Source of the DNA: an uncultured Planctomycetaceae bacterium
GTDB taxonomy: Bacteria > Planctomycetota > Planctomycetia > Isosphaerales > Isosphaeraceae
Assembly (NCBI GenBank): GCA_963833985.1
Contig: CAWIAD010000002.1
Coordinates: 5,792,001-5,856,000 of the forward strand
Direction: 5' to 3'
DNA length: 64,000 nucleotides
Shown: positions 11,455-22,020 of the stretch, piece by piece
How positions within the stretch are numbered: position 1 is the first letter of the stretch
How the letters are laid out: every line of letters begins with the position of its first letter
Position numbers and translations under genes: made by a program
Notes under the pieces: model-generated
The model's database searches: none
What the model saw: the letters and a program-made list of their open reading frames with translations, nothing else
What the model was told of the DNA's origin: nothing

Positions 11455-11690
11455 AGGTCAGCCCCGATCAGCTCTCGAAGATTGTCATGAAGAACGACTC
11501 GCCGGATATCAGGGTCGGGGACCTGTACGATCACATCTGTGGTGCGGTCACGCGGTCTGGCCTCCTGGATCCCACGCTGGACGCAGGCGCTCCCTCGCCG
11601 ACCTTCCAGCGCGAAATCTCAACGCCCTGGGTGTCGATCCTGAAGAGGTCAAGAAAGACAAGGGGCTGATCCATGATCCTGGAGCCTGGC
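11440..11690 (+). pseudogene. Remnant of an acyl-carrier-protein-like gene
   Basis: FGVKVSPDQ...DIRVGDLYDHI, then after a frameshift ALGVDPEEVKKDKGLIHD; resembles ACP helix patterns; no start codon and no phosphopantetheine serine. Confidence 0.4.
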
Positions 11691-11895
11691 GGCGGTATCA
11701 GGTGAATGTCCGCGTTCAGCAGGTCGGCGGGAAACATCGTAGAAAAGGGAGCGGGCCATGTCAGCTTGCCGATTCGAGGTTTGATGGCGGGTTCCAGCAA
11801 GGTGACCGGTGAGAGCCAGCGCTCGTTCGCCGTATCTTCGATGGCCGTTCTCGCTGTCTGGCTCAAGTGGGGGTCATTGGCGAGGAACCAGCAAG
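11690..11895 (-). pseudogene. Remnant of a PIN-domain (VapC-type) toxin
   Basis: WFLANDPHLSQTARTAIEDTANERWLSPVTLLEPAIKPRIGKL...; the N-terminal LLDT motif and the C-terminal DPFDR part are missing. Confidence 0.7.
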
Positions 11896-12029
11896 CAGCA
11901 GGCAAACTCGGTCGGCTGAGTTTCCCTGGGGTCGACCTTCCCGCGTGACGACCGCACGATTCACGTCCGGCTACGGTCGTTTGGCTCGGTGCTTTTGCAC
12001 TCGCTGGAGAAGCTGGCGGAGTATTGAGG

Positions 12030-14798
12030 TCAATCCTTGCGGTCAACCAGTCTCTGGATCTGCCCGGCAAGCTCTCTCTTGAATGCTTCGTTGAGCGCCT
12101 CTTCTGTTCGCGCCCGGTTCGGTTCGGGTTTCCCGTTCTGTTCGGCGGGTGCAAGTTTGGGGGTCCACCCCCGGGGATCGCCGCGGAAGGCGACCTTCCC
12201 GTCCTTGTCGATGCCGACCACGAGGGGGAAGGTGCCGACGCCATATTGCCGGGCGGTGGCGCCGATCTCTAGCACGTTGCTGGTCTGCCGCTCGAGGTCC
12301 ATTGCCCAGAGCAGCGGCGCCCGTTTGAATTCGAGAACCCTGCGAACCAGCTTCTCGTCCTCTCCCGGTCCGTGGATCGCAAGGAAGAAGACACCGCGCG
12401 GTTCGAATTGATTCCGGAGCTGGGCAAGAACGGAAAGATGGCTCACCGAAAGCGCGTTGGAGACGTTCCAGAAGTAGAGCACAACCATGCGGCCACGCTG
12501 CTCGGCGAGGGTTCGCAGCCGGCCGTCCGACGAAGCGGCAAACAGCCATTCCGGGGCAGGCTGGCCAATGGGAACAGGTTGCAAAACACCTTGCGCGGCA
12601 ATGGCTTGATTGGGCTCAGGCCGCGCGGGGAGCTTGATCTGAACTTCCTCCGGCGAGCCGTCGGCCACGAAGACGCGTTCGGCATGCAGGTTTCCGAACT
12701 GGACGAACAGCCTCACCGGCCCGGCGCGGAGGTTTCGGCACGCGAATCGCCCTCTCTCATCCGACCGGGTGCGGTCCTCCCACGCGCTTCCCAGCGCCAG
12801 GCAGGAGGGACTGATCAGGGCCCCGGCGACCGGGCGGCCCTGGTGATCCACGACCATGCCTTTGAGCCTCCACGCCCGGATAGAGGCAAATCGGCTCCAT
12901 GCTCAAAGGATTGTTCGTCTCCTTCGGGTCGAAGCGCGCTTCCTGCGACGTGGCTCTGGAGAAACCCTCCTTGGTGGCAATGACCACCTGGTTTGGCACA
13001 CCTCCGTCAAGAAGGTGACGCGGGACGGACAGCAGGTCGTAGCGGCCCTGCGCATCCGTGATCCATTGCCCGTGATCCCCTAGCCAAAGCTGGGGGCCAG
13101 TCCGCAGGGCAACCTTCGCGCCAACGACCGGCCTTCCCAGATCGTCCACAACGTGGCCGACGATCTCGCCCTCGTCGCCGGGACCCGGCTTGGGCAGGTC
13201 GATCCGAATGACCAGCTTACCCTGCTCCTTGACCGGCTCGACGAAGGCGGGCGCGTGAAGCGTGGCCGATCTTCCGGCTGAGTCGGTCAGCCGGAAACGT
13301 CGAGTTGCTCCGGGTACCGTTGAGATTTCATTGAGCGCATCGGGGCGAAATCCGGGCGCTGATTCCAGCGATATGAGAAAACCTCCGGGAGCGTGTGGTG
13401 ATTCCTTGACCGAGATGTCAAATCGGCCGCCTTCACTCGGGAGCGTGAGAAGGGCCAGCCCCTCACGGTCCGCCTCCGCACGGCAGTAACCCACCGACCA
13501 GATCGTGGCTCTTGACGACACCGGCTTCGCCGCTTTGAAGACGCGAAAGTTCCAGACCGTGCCCGGTCGGAGTACGAAATCCTTCCGAACTGAGCGGTTG
13601 TCAGGGCCGAGTGCCACTTCTTCCACTGTGTCGGACCGTGGCAACAAGTAGCCAGGAGGGGGATATCGCAGAATGAGCATGGACGTGCCGGCAGGAACAT
13701 CAAGAGCGAATTCGCCATCGGGACCGGTCGTCAACTCGGGTACCGTCCACGGCCCGGATAACCTGTCGAACAGAGGCGTCGCAAGCTCCTTTTGCAGGAA
13801 CTCAAGCCTCGCTCCCGGTATCGGCTGCCCCGTCCCGTCGACCCGAACCGAGCCCGTCAGGCGGTAGGTCGTTTGAGGCTTTGCTGGCTCTTGCGGCTTT
13901 CCCTGGGAATTCGCTGAAACGAGCCGAGCCGTGAGAATCGGTTGCGCCTTGCCATGCTGTCCCGCGGCCAGCAGGTGCAGGCCCCAGTAGCCGGAGCCGA
14001 CGCCGAGCGCCAGAAGGACCGCGGCCGCTTTCAATCGGCGGAGAAACATCGATCGGATCACCCCCCGCGCCAGCGTGGCGGCTGCATCGCCCGTGACGAA
14101 GCCGGAGGCAATCTCCAACGTCGAGTGAACCAGCGCGGCGGGAACGGCCGTCTGTGCCTGGCTTACCTCGCCGGCGAGCCTGAGACCTGGCGAGACCGCG
14201 GCTCCACGGCGGACCAGCCCCCTGCGCAGCCGCTCGCGTGCCCGGGCCAGCCGGCCGCGCACGGCTCCCTCCGAGAGTCCGAGCCGGAACGCTGCTTCCT
14301 GGTAGCTCAAACCCTCGAGGTAGCAAAGGGTGATCGCTGCTCGCAAGTGCTCGGGAAGCCGGGCAGTTTCCTCCTGGAGGATCGTGACCTCCTCGTGATC
14401 TTGATCTTCGGCCGGATCAGCTCTCTCCTGCCTCAGAGATGCCACCGCCCGATCTCCGGTGTGCCAGCGCCGCTGCGCAGCCTGGCATGCGAGGCCACCC
14501 GCTGGGCCACGCCGAAGAGCCAGCTTGCCAGCGAGTTGTGGCGGCGGATCGACCCCGCCTGCCGTACCAGGACGAGGAACGCAGCCTGGAAGGCGTCCTC
14601 GGCGTCGTGCGGATCGCTCAGCACGCCGCGGCAGACGCGCAGCACCATCGGCCCGTGCCGGCTCATGAGTTCCTCGAAAGCGGCCTCCGCCCCCTCGTCG
14701 CGCCGGACCAGAAAGCGTTCCAGGAGCTGCGCATCGCTCATCGATCCAGTCGTGCCCAGGGTAAACAGCCCCTGCACCAGACGACTTGCCCTGGCCAT
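12030..14798 (-). CDS. ECF sigma-70 factor with a transmembrane helix, carboxypeptidase-regulatory-like domains and a C-terminal TlpA/redoxin-like domain; frameshifts at ~14450 and ~12860
   Basis: Region 2: SDAQLLERF...AAFEELMSRHGPMVLRVCR...DAEDAFQAAFLVL; region 4: LPEHLRAAITLCYLEGLSYQEAA...VRGRLARAR; thioredoxin-fold tail RGRMVVLYFW...YGVGTFPLVVGIDKDG. Confidence 0.85.
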
Positions 14799-15403
14799 GT
14801 TTCCCGCCCCCTCACCAAGCCCTGCCCGATCACACATCGCCTCAGTGTAGTGTCGGGGTCGGGCAGTTTCCTCACGGTGATTCCTGGGGAAAGCTCTGGC
14901 GACTGGGAATGGAACCGGATCATCTCCGAGCGGCTCGCCTCTCGTGATTCAGATCCCGTCTCATGTTTCGCAAATAATCCGCGTGGTTCATCACACCGTG
15001 CCGTAAACTGTGCTTGAGGGGAACTCTTGTTTCGGGGTTTTCGGACAGACTGTTCCTTGACAATGCGGTTTCGGAGCAAGATCCCAAGATCCAGGGACCG
15101 CGTCACGGACGGCGCGGCCCGAGGGAGGGATGCGACCGTTTGACCAGAGGGAAGGGTGGTATCGGGTGTGATGGCTCAGCAACGCGGTCCATACCGCTCG
15201 CGCCGGCCCCATCCCGCTGAAAAGCTTGTTAACGGCGCGAACGAAGCCAATGGCTTGCGTGCTGGAACTTCTGAATTTTTAATGGTTTATGGGGAAATTG
15301 GCATTGGAATCGCCTGCGGAACGAACCCATTTTGGGCGAGTAGTCCTGTCACTCGCAAGGGACGGTCAGCGTCATTGCCTTTCCGGTCTTGGGGGTTCTC
15401 AGT

Positions 15404-16111
15404 ATGCGAGAGCGGCAAGCCAGAGCCTCCCTGGCCGATCCGGCGGCAAAACAACCGTTCGACATCGACGACGTCTTCAGGCGGTTGCGGCAGGCGGTCG
15501 AGGGACTGCCCAAGGCGGCGATGTTCGAGTTGCGGGATCGCGGGTTCGGGACGCCGTTCGAGCAACTCGTGGGCAGCCTGATCTCGGCACGGACCCGCGA
15601 TGAGACGACGCTTGCGGTTTGCCTCCAGCTCTTCACGCAGGCGCGGACGCCCGCGCAGATGGTGGGGCTGGGCGAGGAACGCCTATCGAAGTTGCTGCAC
15701 GGCGCCAGCTTTCCCGAGCCCAAGGCGCGGGACATCATCGCCATCGCACGCAAGATCGAGGCGGAGTACGGCGGCCGCGTGCCGGACACGCTCGAAGAGC
15801 TGACCGCGCTGCGAGGCATCGGCCCGAAGATCGCCGCCCTGACGCTGGCGGTGGGGTTTGGCAAGCCCTTCATCGCGGTGGACACCCATGTGCACCGGGT
15901 GACCAACCGTTGGGGCTACGTGGCCACGCGCACACCGCAGCAAACCATGACGGCACTCGCGGCCAGGCTTCCCGAGCGTTACTGGATCGAGATCAACGAG
16001 CGGCTGGTGCCGTTCGGCAAGTGGATCTGCACCGGCGGCGCAGCTCCGCGGTGCTCCACGTGCCTGCTCCTTTCCATGTGCCGCCAGGTGGGGGTGGAGA
16101 GACAGCGATGA
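15404..16111 (+). CDS. nth: Endonuclease III (HhH-GPD DNA glycosylase/AP lyase with 4Fe-4S cluster)
   Basis: TPFEQLVGSLISART, helix-hairpin-helix LRGIGPKIA, VDTHVHRV, C-terminal C-X7-C-X2-C-X5-C. Confidence 0.9.
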   Translation: MRERQARASLADPAAKQPFDIDDVFRRLRQAVEGLPKAAMFELRDRGFGTPFEQLVGSLISARTRDETTLAVCLQLFTQARTPAQMVGLGEERLSKLLHGASFPEPKARDIIAIARKIEAEYGGRVPDTLEELTALRGIGPKIAALTLAVGFGKPFIAVDTHVHRVTNRWGYVATRTPQQTMTALAARLPERYWIEINERLVPFGKWICTGGAAPRCSTCLLLSMCRQVGVERQR

Positions 16112-16164
16112 AAGCTGGACCAGCCGTCCGCATGAAATGCTCGCTTGTCTGTTCAGTCTGACCG

Positions 16165-16183
16165 TGATAGCATTTTGACATCA
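16165..16183. promoter_or_regulatory. Putative operator for the FitA-like antitoxin
   Basis: TGATAGCA-ttt-TGACATCA imperfect inverted repeat about 30 bp upstream of the antitoxin; TGATAGCA is the known FitAB half-site. Confidence 0.6.
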
Positions 16184-16214
16184 GAGGCAACTGAACGACG
16201 ATCTGGAGACCGCC

Positions 16215-16448
16215 ATGGGTCAGATCCTTGTGCGAGGTTTAGGCGATGACGTGATCGGTCGGCTGAAGAAGCGGGCTGACTTGAATCATCGCTCGCTGGA
16301 ATCGGAGCTACGAGATATCCTGGAGCAAGTATCCAAACAACTGGATATAACGGTCGCAGCCGATCTCGCTGATCGGATTCGAAGCAAGCTCGAGGGCCGG
16401 ACTCATAGTGATAGTGCCGCTTTGATCCGCGAGGATCGCGATCGATGA
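16215..16448 (+). CDS. FitA-like ribbon-helix-helix antitoxin
   Basis: MGQILVRGLGDDVIGRLKKRADLNHRSLESELRDIL...DSAALIREDRDR; GGAG ribosome-binding site; ATGA overlap with the toxin gene. Confidence 0.9.
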   Translation: MGQILVRGLGDDVIGRLKKRADLNHRSLESELRDILEQVSKQLDITVAADLADRIRSKLEGRTHSDSAALIREDRDR

Positions 16449-16903
16449 TCGGCCCGGCCGCACAATCATCGAACACGTTCATGGATGTCGTTATCGACGC
16501 AAGTGTTGGTGTCAAGTGGTTCATCCCGGAAGTCCACTCCGCGGACGCCCGGCGCTTTCTCGTGCCTCGCTTTCGCCGCCATGTTCCGGTGCTGTTCCTG
16601 ACCGAGGTTGGACAAGTTCTCTGGAAGAAGTTCCATCAGCGTGGCGAGCTATCGGCCGACGAAGGGAGGGGTATTCTTCGCCTGCTCCCGTTCATCACAC
16701 TCGAGATGCACCCTGTGGCCCCCCTCCTGGAGCCCGCCTTCGAGATCGCTCTGGCCACGGGACGAACCCTGTATGACAGCGTTTACCTTGCCCTCAGCAC
16801 GGCGCTGAGATGCAAGCTGGTCACCGCGGATCGAAGGCTGTTCAATGCGCTGCAAGGTAGTGCATTCGCCGATGACATCATCTGGATCGAGACCTCAATC
16901 TGA
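16445..16903 (+). CDS. vapC: VapC/FitB PIN-domain toxin
   Basis: VVIDASVGVKWF, TEV, TLYDSVYLAL, LVTADRRL; start at 16445 or 16481. Confidence 0.9.
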   Translation: MIGPAAQSSNTFMDVVIDASVGVKWFIPEVHSADARRFLVPRFRRHVPVLFLTEVGQVLWKKFHQRGELSADEGRGILRLLPFITLEMHPVAPLLEPAFEIALATGRTLYDSVYLALSTALRCKLVTADRRLFNALQGSAFADDIIWIETSI

Positions 16904-16914
16904 CCGCCGGAGGA

Positions 16915-18356
16915 TCACGCCAGGATGTCGCGCACGACGTCGCCTTCCACGTCGGTCAGCCGGAAGTCGCGGCCGGCGTAGCGGTACGTGAGCTTGGTGT
17001 GGTCGAAGCCCAGCAAGTGCAGGATGGTCGCGTGCAGGTCGTGGACGTGCACGGGCTTCTCGATGGCCTTGTAGCCGAATTCATCGGTGGCACCGTGGAT
17101 GTGGCCGCCCTTGACCCCGCCGCCGGCGAGCCAGACCGAGAAGCCCCAGTGGTTGTGGTCGCGTCCCATGCTCGGCTTGCCGCCGGCCAGCTCGACCGAC
17201 GGCGTGCGGCCGAATTCGCCCCCGCAGAGGATGAGCGTCTCCTCGAACAGCCCGCGCTGCTTGAGATCGGTCAAGAGGGCCGCGATCGCCTGGTCGCACT
17301 GCTGCCCCAGCGAGCGGTGGGCGCCGGCGATGTTGTCGTGGCTGTCCCAGGGCTGGACATCGCCGTGGAAGAGCTGGACGAAGCGAACTCCGCGCTCGAT
17401 CAACCGGCGGGCGATGAGCAGTTGCCTCGCCTGCACTCCGGGGCCGTACATCGCGCGGATGTGTTCTGGCTCCTGTTCGACATCGAAGGCGTCGGTGGCC
17501 GTCATCTGCATCCGGTAAGCCAGCTCGAAGCTGGCGATCCGGGCCTCGAGATTATCGTCCTCGGAGCGGGTCTGCTGGTGGCGCCGGTTGAGCTCGGCCA
17601 GCAGATCGAGCTGGCGTCTCTGGTCTCGCTTCGAGAGGACCGGGTTGCGAATGTTCTCGATGAGGTCCTCGGCCTTCTCCTTCCGGGTGTCGATGTAGGT
17701 ACCCTGGTAGATGCCCGGCAGGAAAGCCGACCTCCAGTTGGAAACGTCGGCCACCGGCAGGCCGGGGCAGAGCGTGATGTAGCCGGGCAGGTTCTCGTTT
17801 TCCGTGCCCATGCCGTAGGTGAGCCAGGCACCCATGCTGGGCGCGAGAGCCGCTCGTCGCCGCAGTTCATGAGCCGCATCGACTGCTCATGGTTGGGCGT
17901 GTTCGCGTGCATCGAGCGGATGACGCAGAGGTCGTCGGCATGCTCGGCCGTGCGGGCGAAGATCTCGCTGACCGGGATGCCGCTTTCCCCGTACTGTCGA
18001 AACCGGAACGGCGACGGCAGCGCAAAACCGGTCTTCCGCTCCGTGGAAAGATTCCCCTGCGGCAGCATCTTGCCTTCGTGCTTCTTGAGCAGGGGCTTGG
18101 GGTCGAAGGTGTCCACCTGGGACGGGCCGCCGTTCAGGTAAATATGAATGACATGTTTGGCCCTGGCCGGGAAATGGGGTGCTTTCGGGGCCAGGGGGCC
18201 GTTTGCATGCGAAGTCGGAGTTGCGGCCTCGGCGTCCGCCAGTCCCAGCAACCCGGCATCCTGGAGCAGACCAACCAGTCCCAGCATGCCGAGGCCCGTT
18301 CCTGTCTGGCAAAGTGCCTGGCGACGGGTCATGAGGTTCTTCTCGTTACAGTTCAT
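16915..18356 (-). CDS. DUF1501 domain protein with Tat-like signal; frameshift at ~17840
   Basis: TRRQAL, AKHVIHIYLNGGPSQVDTFDPKP, ARRLIERGVRFVQ, WDSH, GEFGRTP, GRDH, HVHDLHATILHLLG. Confidence 0.92.
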
Positions 18357-18422
18357 GGCTTGAGCCCTCGCATGGCAGATGGCAATGGAATGTCAATTCC
18401 GCTCAGCACTCGCCATTTGCTG

Positions 18423-21311
18423 TTAATCCACAAATACCAATTCATTGGTCATGAGCAAGATCTGGGCAAGCTGCTGTAGGGGATCGAGCTGGGAACGCTC
18501 GTGGAGATCCTTCAGGCGTTTTGAGTCAGATGCCAGGAAGCGTAAGGCGGCTTCGAGCTCGGCCGGGTCGGGCGAGCGGGCGAGGACCCGGCGATAGAGT
18601 GCGCGGACCTGGGCCGCGGGCGATCCCGCGCGGGCGATCTCGGAGCGGGCCGCGAGCGCCCTGGCGTGCTCGATCACCAGGGGCGCGTTCATGCTGAAGA
18701 GCGCCTGCTGCGGGACGGTCGTGCGCGGCCTGCGCTCGGACGAAAGGTCGGGGCTGGCGAAGTCGAAGGCGCGGAAGACGGCGGGCAGGCTTTGCCGGTC
18801 CACGAGCCCATAGACAGTCCTGCGGCCGACCTTCGTGTCGTTCACCACGTCGACGGGCCGGCCGCCCATCTTCGGGTCGAGCTGCCCCGAGACGGCCAGA
18901 AGCGTGTCGCGCATGGCCTCCAGGTCGAGACGGCGGCGAGGGAACCGCCAGAGCAGATGGTTTTCGGGGTCGACCCTGCGGCAGGCGGGCCGGTCCAGGC
19001 TCGCCTGCTGATATGTGCTGGAGAGAACCATCAGCCGGTGCAGGCTCTTGAGGGACCACCCCGACTGCATGAACCGGGCCGCCAGGTCGTCGAGCAGCTC
19101 GGGGTGTGTGGGAGGGTTGCTGCGTGTGCCGAAGTCGCTGGGAGTCGAGACCAGCGGCTCGCCGAAGTGGTGCATCCAGACGCGGTTCACGAGCACGCGG
19201 CTGGTGAGCGGGTTGTCGGCCGCGGTGATGGCGTGGGCCAGGTCGAGCCGGCCGCTGCCGTGTGCAAAGGGTTCGGGGCGGTCGCCGGCCAGCACCTGGA
19301 GGAAGCGCCGGGGAACGCGGTCGCCCGGCTGCGCGGGGTTGCCACGTACGAAGACGCGCGGGTCGTAGGCGTCGGCCGAGTCCCGCAGAACCATGGCACG
19401 CGGGGCGGCCGTGTCGGCAGCCTGGACGACCATCCGGTCCAGTTCCACCTGCTTGCCGCCAAACGCGTCTTTCTCCCCGCGCGACATGTGGTAGTACGTC
19501 TGGCTCACCGGGAAATAGGCCGGACTGTCGTGGCTGGCGACGATCTCGAGGATCTGACGGAACGCGTTGCCTGCTTCGGTGTTGCCTGCCGTCTGTGCCG
19601 GCAGCTTCGTTTTCTTCGAGCCCTCGTAGACGTCACGGAGCAAGACTCCGTAGAGACGCGGGACGTCGGCCCTGGTTTTGAGCGAGGCCCGGCCGAGGGC
19701 TGCCCTCACCAGCGGGTTACACTGCCCGCGCTCGGTGCCGGCGGGACGCGTGGACCAGTGGGCCAGCACCGCGCTGGCCTCGGCCGCGAAATCCGCGTCG
19801 GCCAGCGCCATGAGGTCGTGCCAGGGCCCGAAAACGGGGTCGTCGGGCGTGGCCCGCTGCTTGAGGAAGCGCCTCCAGCGGGCCACCATCTGCGGCCGCA
19901 GGTCCTCCGGCGCCAGCGAGAAGAAGAAGATGGCCGTCTCGAGCGGGTCGGGCTCGGTCAGTCCCGCCCGCGCCAGGTAATCCCCCGTGCGCTGGCGGGC
20001 CATCTCGAGCAAGAGCTTGTACTGGCTGTCCAGGAACTGGCGGATCTCGGCCCGCTTCGCCGAGGCCTTCTTCTCGAACTCGACGCAGCCGGGCCGGGTG
20101 TCCGGGCGTTCGACCAGGGGCAGCTCCAGCGGTGCCTCGCTGCTGGCGAAGACGCCGTAGAGCGCGTAGTAGTCGGCCGTGGAAATGGCGTCGTACTTGT
20201 GGTCGTGGCAGCGGGCGCAGGCCACGGTCAGACCCAGCAGGCCGCGGCAGACGGTGTCGATCCGGTCGTCGAGCTGGTCGTGCACGTTGTTGTCGAACAT
20301 CCGGCCCAGGGTGAGGAAACCCATCGCCGCCAGCCGCCAGGGTTCGTGCTTCGGAGCGGCCACGTCGGCGGCGAGCTGGTCGGTGACGAACTGGTCGAAC
20401 GGCAGGTCCTGGTTGAATGCCCGGATGACGTAGTCGCGATAGGTATAGGCATAGGGCCGGACGCGATCGTTGCCAAACATGAGGACGCCGTCCTTGGTGT
20501 CGGCATAGCGCGCGACGTCGAGCCAGTGCCGCGCCCAGCGCTCACCGTAGCGCGGAGAGGCCAGCAGGCGATCGACGACGCGGGCGAAGGCGTCGTCCGC
20601 GTTGTCGTTCTCGAACGCCTCGATCTCCTCGACCGTAGGAGGCAGGCCGATCAGGTCGTAGCAGGTGCGCCTCAGAAGCGTGCGCCGGTCGGCCGGCGGC
20701 GAGGGTGAAAGCCCGGCGGCCTCGAGCCGCGCCAGCACAAACGCGTCGATGGGCGTACGCGGCCACGAACGGTCCTTGACCGGCGGAGCAGCCTGCCGCC
20801 GGATCGGCTGATAGGCCCAGTGCTTGCGGCCCACGGCGAAATCGATGCCGCGCTTCTTCGCAACGACGGATTGTCGGGCCGCATTGGCGCGATCGGGAGG
20901 AGCGGCCGCCCCATTCTTCACCCATTGCTCCAGGTCGGCAATCGCGGCCGCAGGAAGCTTGGCCCTGGGGGGCATGCGCGTGGTCTCGTCATCGTAGCGA
21001 ATGGCCTGGACCAGCAGGGAGTCGTCCGGTTTGCCGGGGACGAGCACCGCACCACTGCTGCCGCCCTTGCGAAGACCTTCCGCCGAGTCCAGCAACAGCC
21101 CGCCCTTTGGCTTCCGGACCTGTGCCGAATGGCAGCCATAACAGTGCTCGACCAGCACGGGACGAACCCTGGACTCGAAGAACTCCAGGCCGGCAGGCTC
21201 CGGCTCGGCGGCCAGCACGCGGGCCCTTCCAGGGGTGGCCGGCACGCTCAGGACCAGCGCCGTCCCGATCACAACTGTGGCGACACGTTCCCTGAAAGTG
21301 TATGCAATCAT
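18423..21311 (-). CDS. Planctomycete cytochrome c / DUF1549 / DUF1553 (PSD1) protein
   Basis: FFESRVRPVLVEHCYGCH, HWAYQP, YGERWARHWLDVARYADT, CARCHDHK, NRVWMHHFG, PTHPELLD; paired with DUF1501. Confidence 0.95.
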   Translation of the reverse strand: MIAYTFRERVATVVIGTALVLSVPATPGRARVLAAEPEPAGLEFFESRVRPVLVEHCYGCHSAQVRKPKGGLLLDSAEGLRKGGSSGAVLVPGKPDDSLLVQAIRYDDETTRMPPRAKLPAAAIADLEQWVKNGAAAPPDRANAARQSVVAKKRGIDFAVGRKHWAYQPIRRQAAPPVKDRSWPRTPIDAFVLARLEAAGLSPSPPADRRTLLRRTCYDLIGLPPTVEEIEAFENDNADDAFARVVDRLLASPRYGERWARHWLDVARYADTKDGVLMFGNDRVRPYAYTYRDYVIRAFNQDLPFDQFVTDQLAADVAAPKHEPWRLAAMGFLTLGRMFDNNVHDQLDDRIDTVCRGLLGLTVACARCHDHKYDAISTADYYALYGVFASSEAPLELPLVERPDTRPGCVEFEKKASAKRAEIRQFLDSQYKLLLEMARQRTGDYLARAGLTEPDPLETAIFFFSLAPEDLRPQMVARWRRFLKQRATPDDPVFGPWHDLMALADADFAAEASAVLAHWSTRPAGTERGQCNPLVRAALGRASLKTRADVPRLYGVLLRDVYEGSKKTKLPAQTAGNTEAGNAFRQILEIVASHDSPAYFPVSQTYYHMSRGEKDAFGGKQVELDRMVVQAADTAAPRAMVLRDSADAYDPRVFVRGNPAQPGDRVPRRFLQVLAGDRPEPFAHGSGRLDLAHAITAADNPLTSRVLVNRVWMHHFGEPLVSTPSDFGTRSNPPTHPELLDDLAARFMQSGWSLKSLHRLMVLSSTYQQASLDRPACRRVDPENHLLWRFPRRRLDLEAMRDTLLAVSGQLDPKMGGRPVDVVNDTKVGRRTVYGLVDRQSLPAVFRAFDFASPDLSSERRPRTTVPQQALFSMNAPLVIEHARALAARSEIARAGSPAAQVRALYRRVLARSPDPAELEAALRFLASDSKRLKDLHERSQLDPLQQLAQILLMTNELVFVD

Positions 21312-21538
21312 GCCTTGCCCCCGTTGGTCGCCGGTCAAACATTCATTGGATATTCCGTCCCGGTGGGCGGTCTGCTGTCAAGCACCTGGGAAGAGAAAAC
21401 GTTTCACCGGAGCTGGCCAGCCGGCCCGCTCAATGACTGGCCGAACGGGGTTCCGGCTCTTGCCGTTGCCTTGCGCGGGGGGCAAGATGGGGTTCTTCGA
21501 TTGCCGGACTCCTCACCCTCGAGCGCGGAACTTCCCCC

Positions 21539-21943
21539 ATGAAAAACGCACTGATCGGTGTCCTTGCTGTCACGCTTGGCCTGGTGCTCGGCCTGGAGGC
21601 GAGAGCGCGCATCGCACGACCCGCCGATCCGAAGCTGGCGCACATGGTCTTCTTCTGGCTGAAGGATCATTCCCAGGAATCGAAGGAGAAGTTTATTGCC
21701 TCGTGTGAGAAGCTTCTGAGCGGCCATGAGGGCGCAGTGTACTTCTCGGTGGGAACCCGGGCCGCGGACGTCGATGAACCCGTCAGTGTGAAGGATTTCG
21801 ACATCGCCCTGCACGTCGTCTTCGCCAGCAAGGAGGGAAAGCTCAAGTATCTCAAGAGCCCCCGCCATGACCAGTTCGTCGCCGACAACAAGGAACTGTT
21901 CGAGAAGGTTCAGGTCTTCGATTCGTATCTCGTCCAGGAGTGA
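21539..21943 (+). CDS. Exported Dabb-family (stress-responsive alpha/beta barrel) protein
   Basis: Signal peptide; HMVFFWLK...DFDIALHVVF...YLKSPRHDQFV...VQVFDS. Confidence 0.85.
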   Translation: MKNALIGVLAVTLGLVLGLEARARIARPADPKLAHMVFFWLKDHSQESKEKFIASCEKLLSGHEGAVYFSVGTRAADVDEPVSVKDFDIALHVVFASKEGKLKYLKSPRHDQFVADNKELFEKVQVFDSYLVQE

Positions 21944-22020
21944 CCCGGGCGCAGAACTTGCGGAATCTGACGTTGCCTGAACCAAGGCCCCCGCGTTCCT
22001 ACTCTTGCAAGGGCAGCGTC

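Noticed and set aside
15264..15292. SigmaE-like promoter (GGAACTT) upstream of nth
   Set aside because: No matching -10 element at the expected spacing
18666..20708. Long antisense ORFs (680 aa here; also 26835-29372, 35522-37783, 41293-43188, 44778-46280)
   Set aside because: They shadow well-supported genes on the other strand; stop-poor antisense frames are expected in high-GC DNA and these show no motifs
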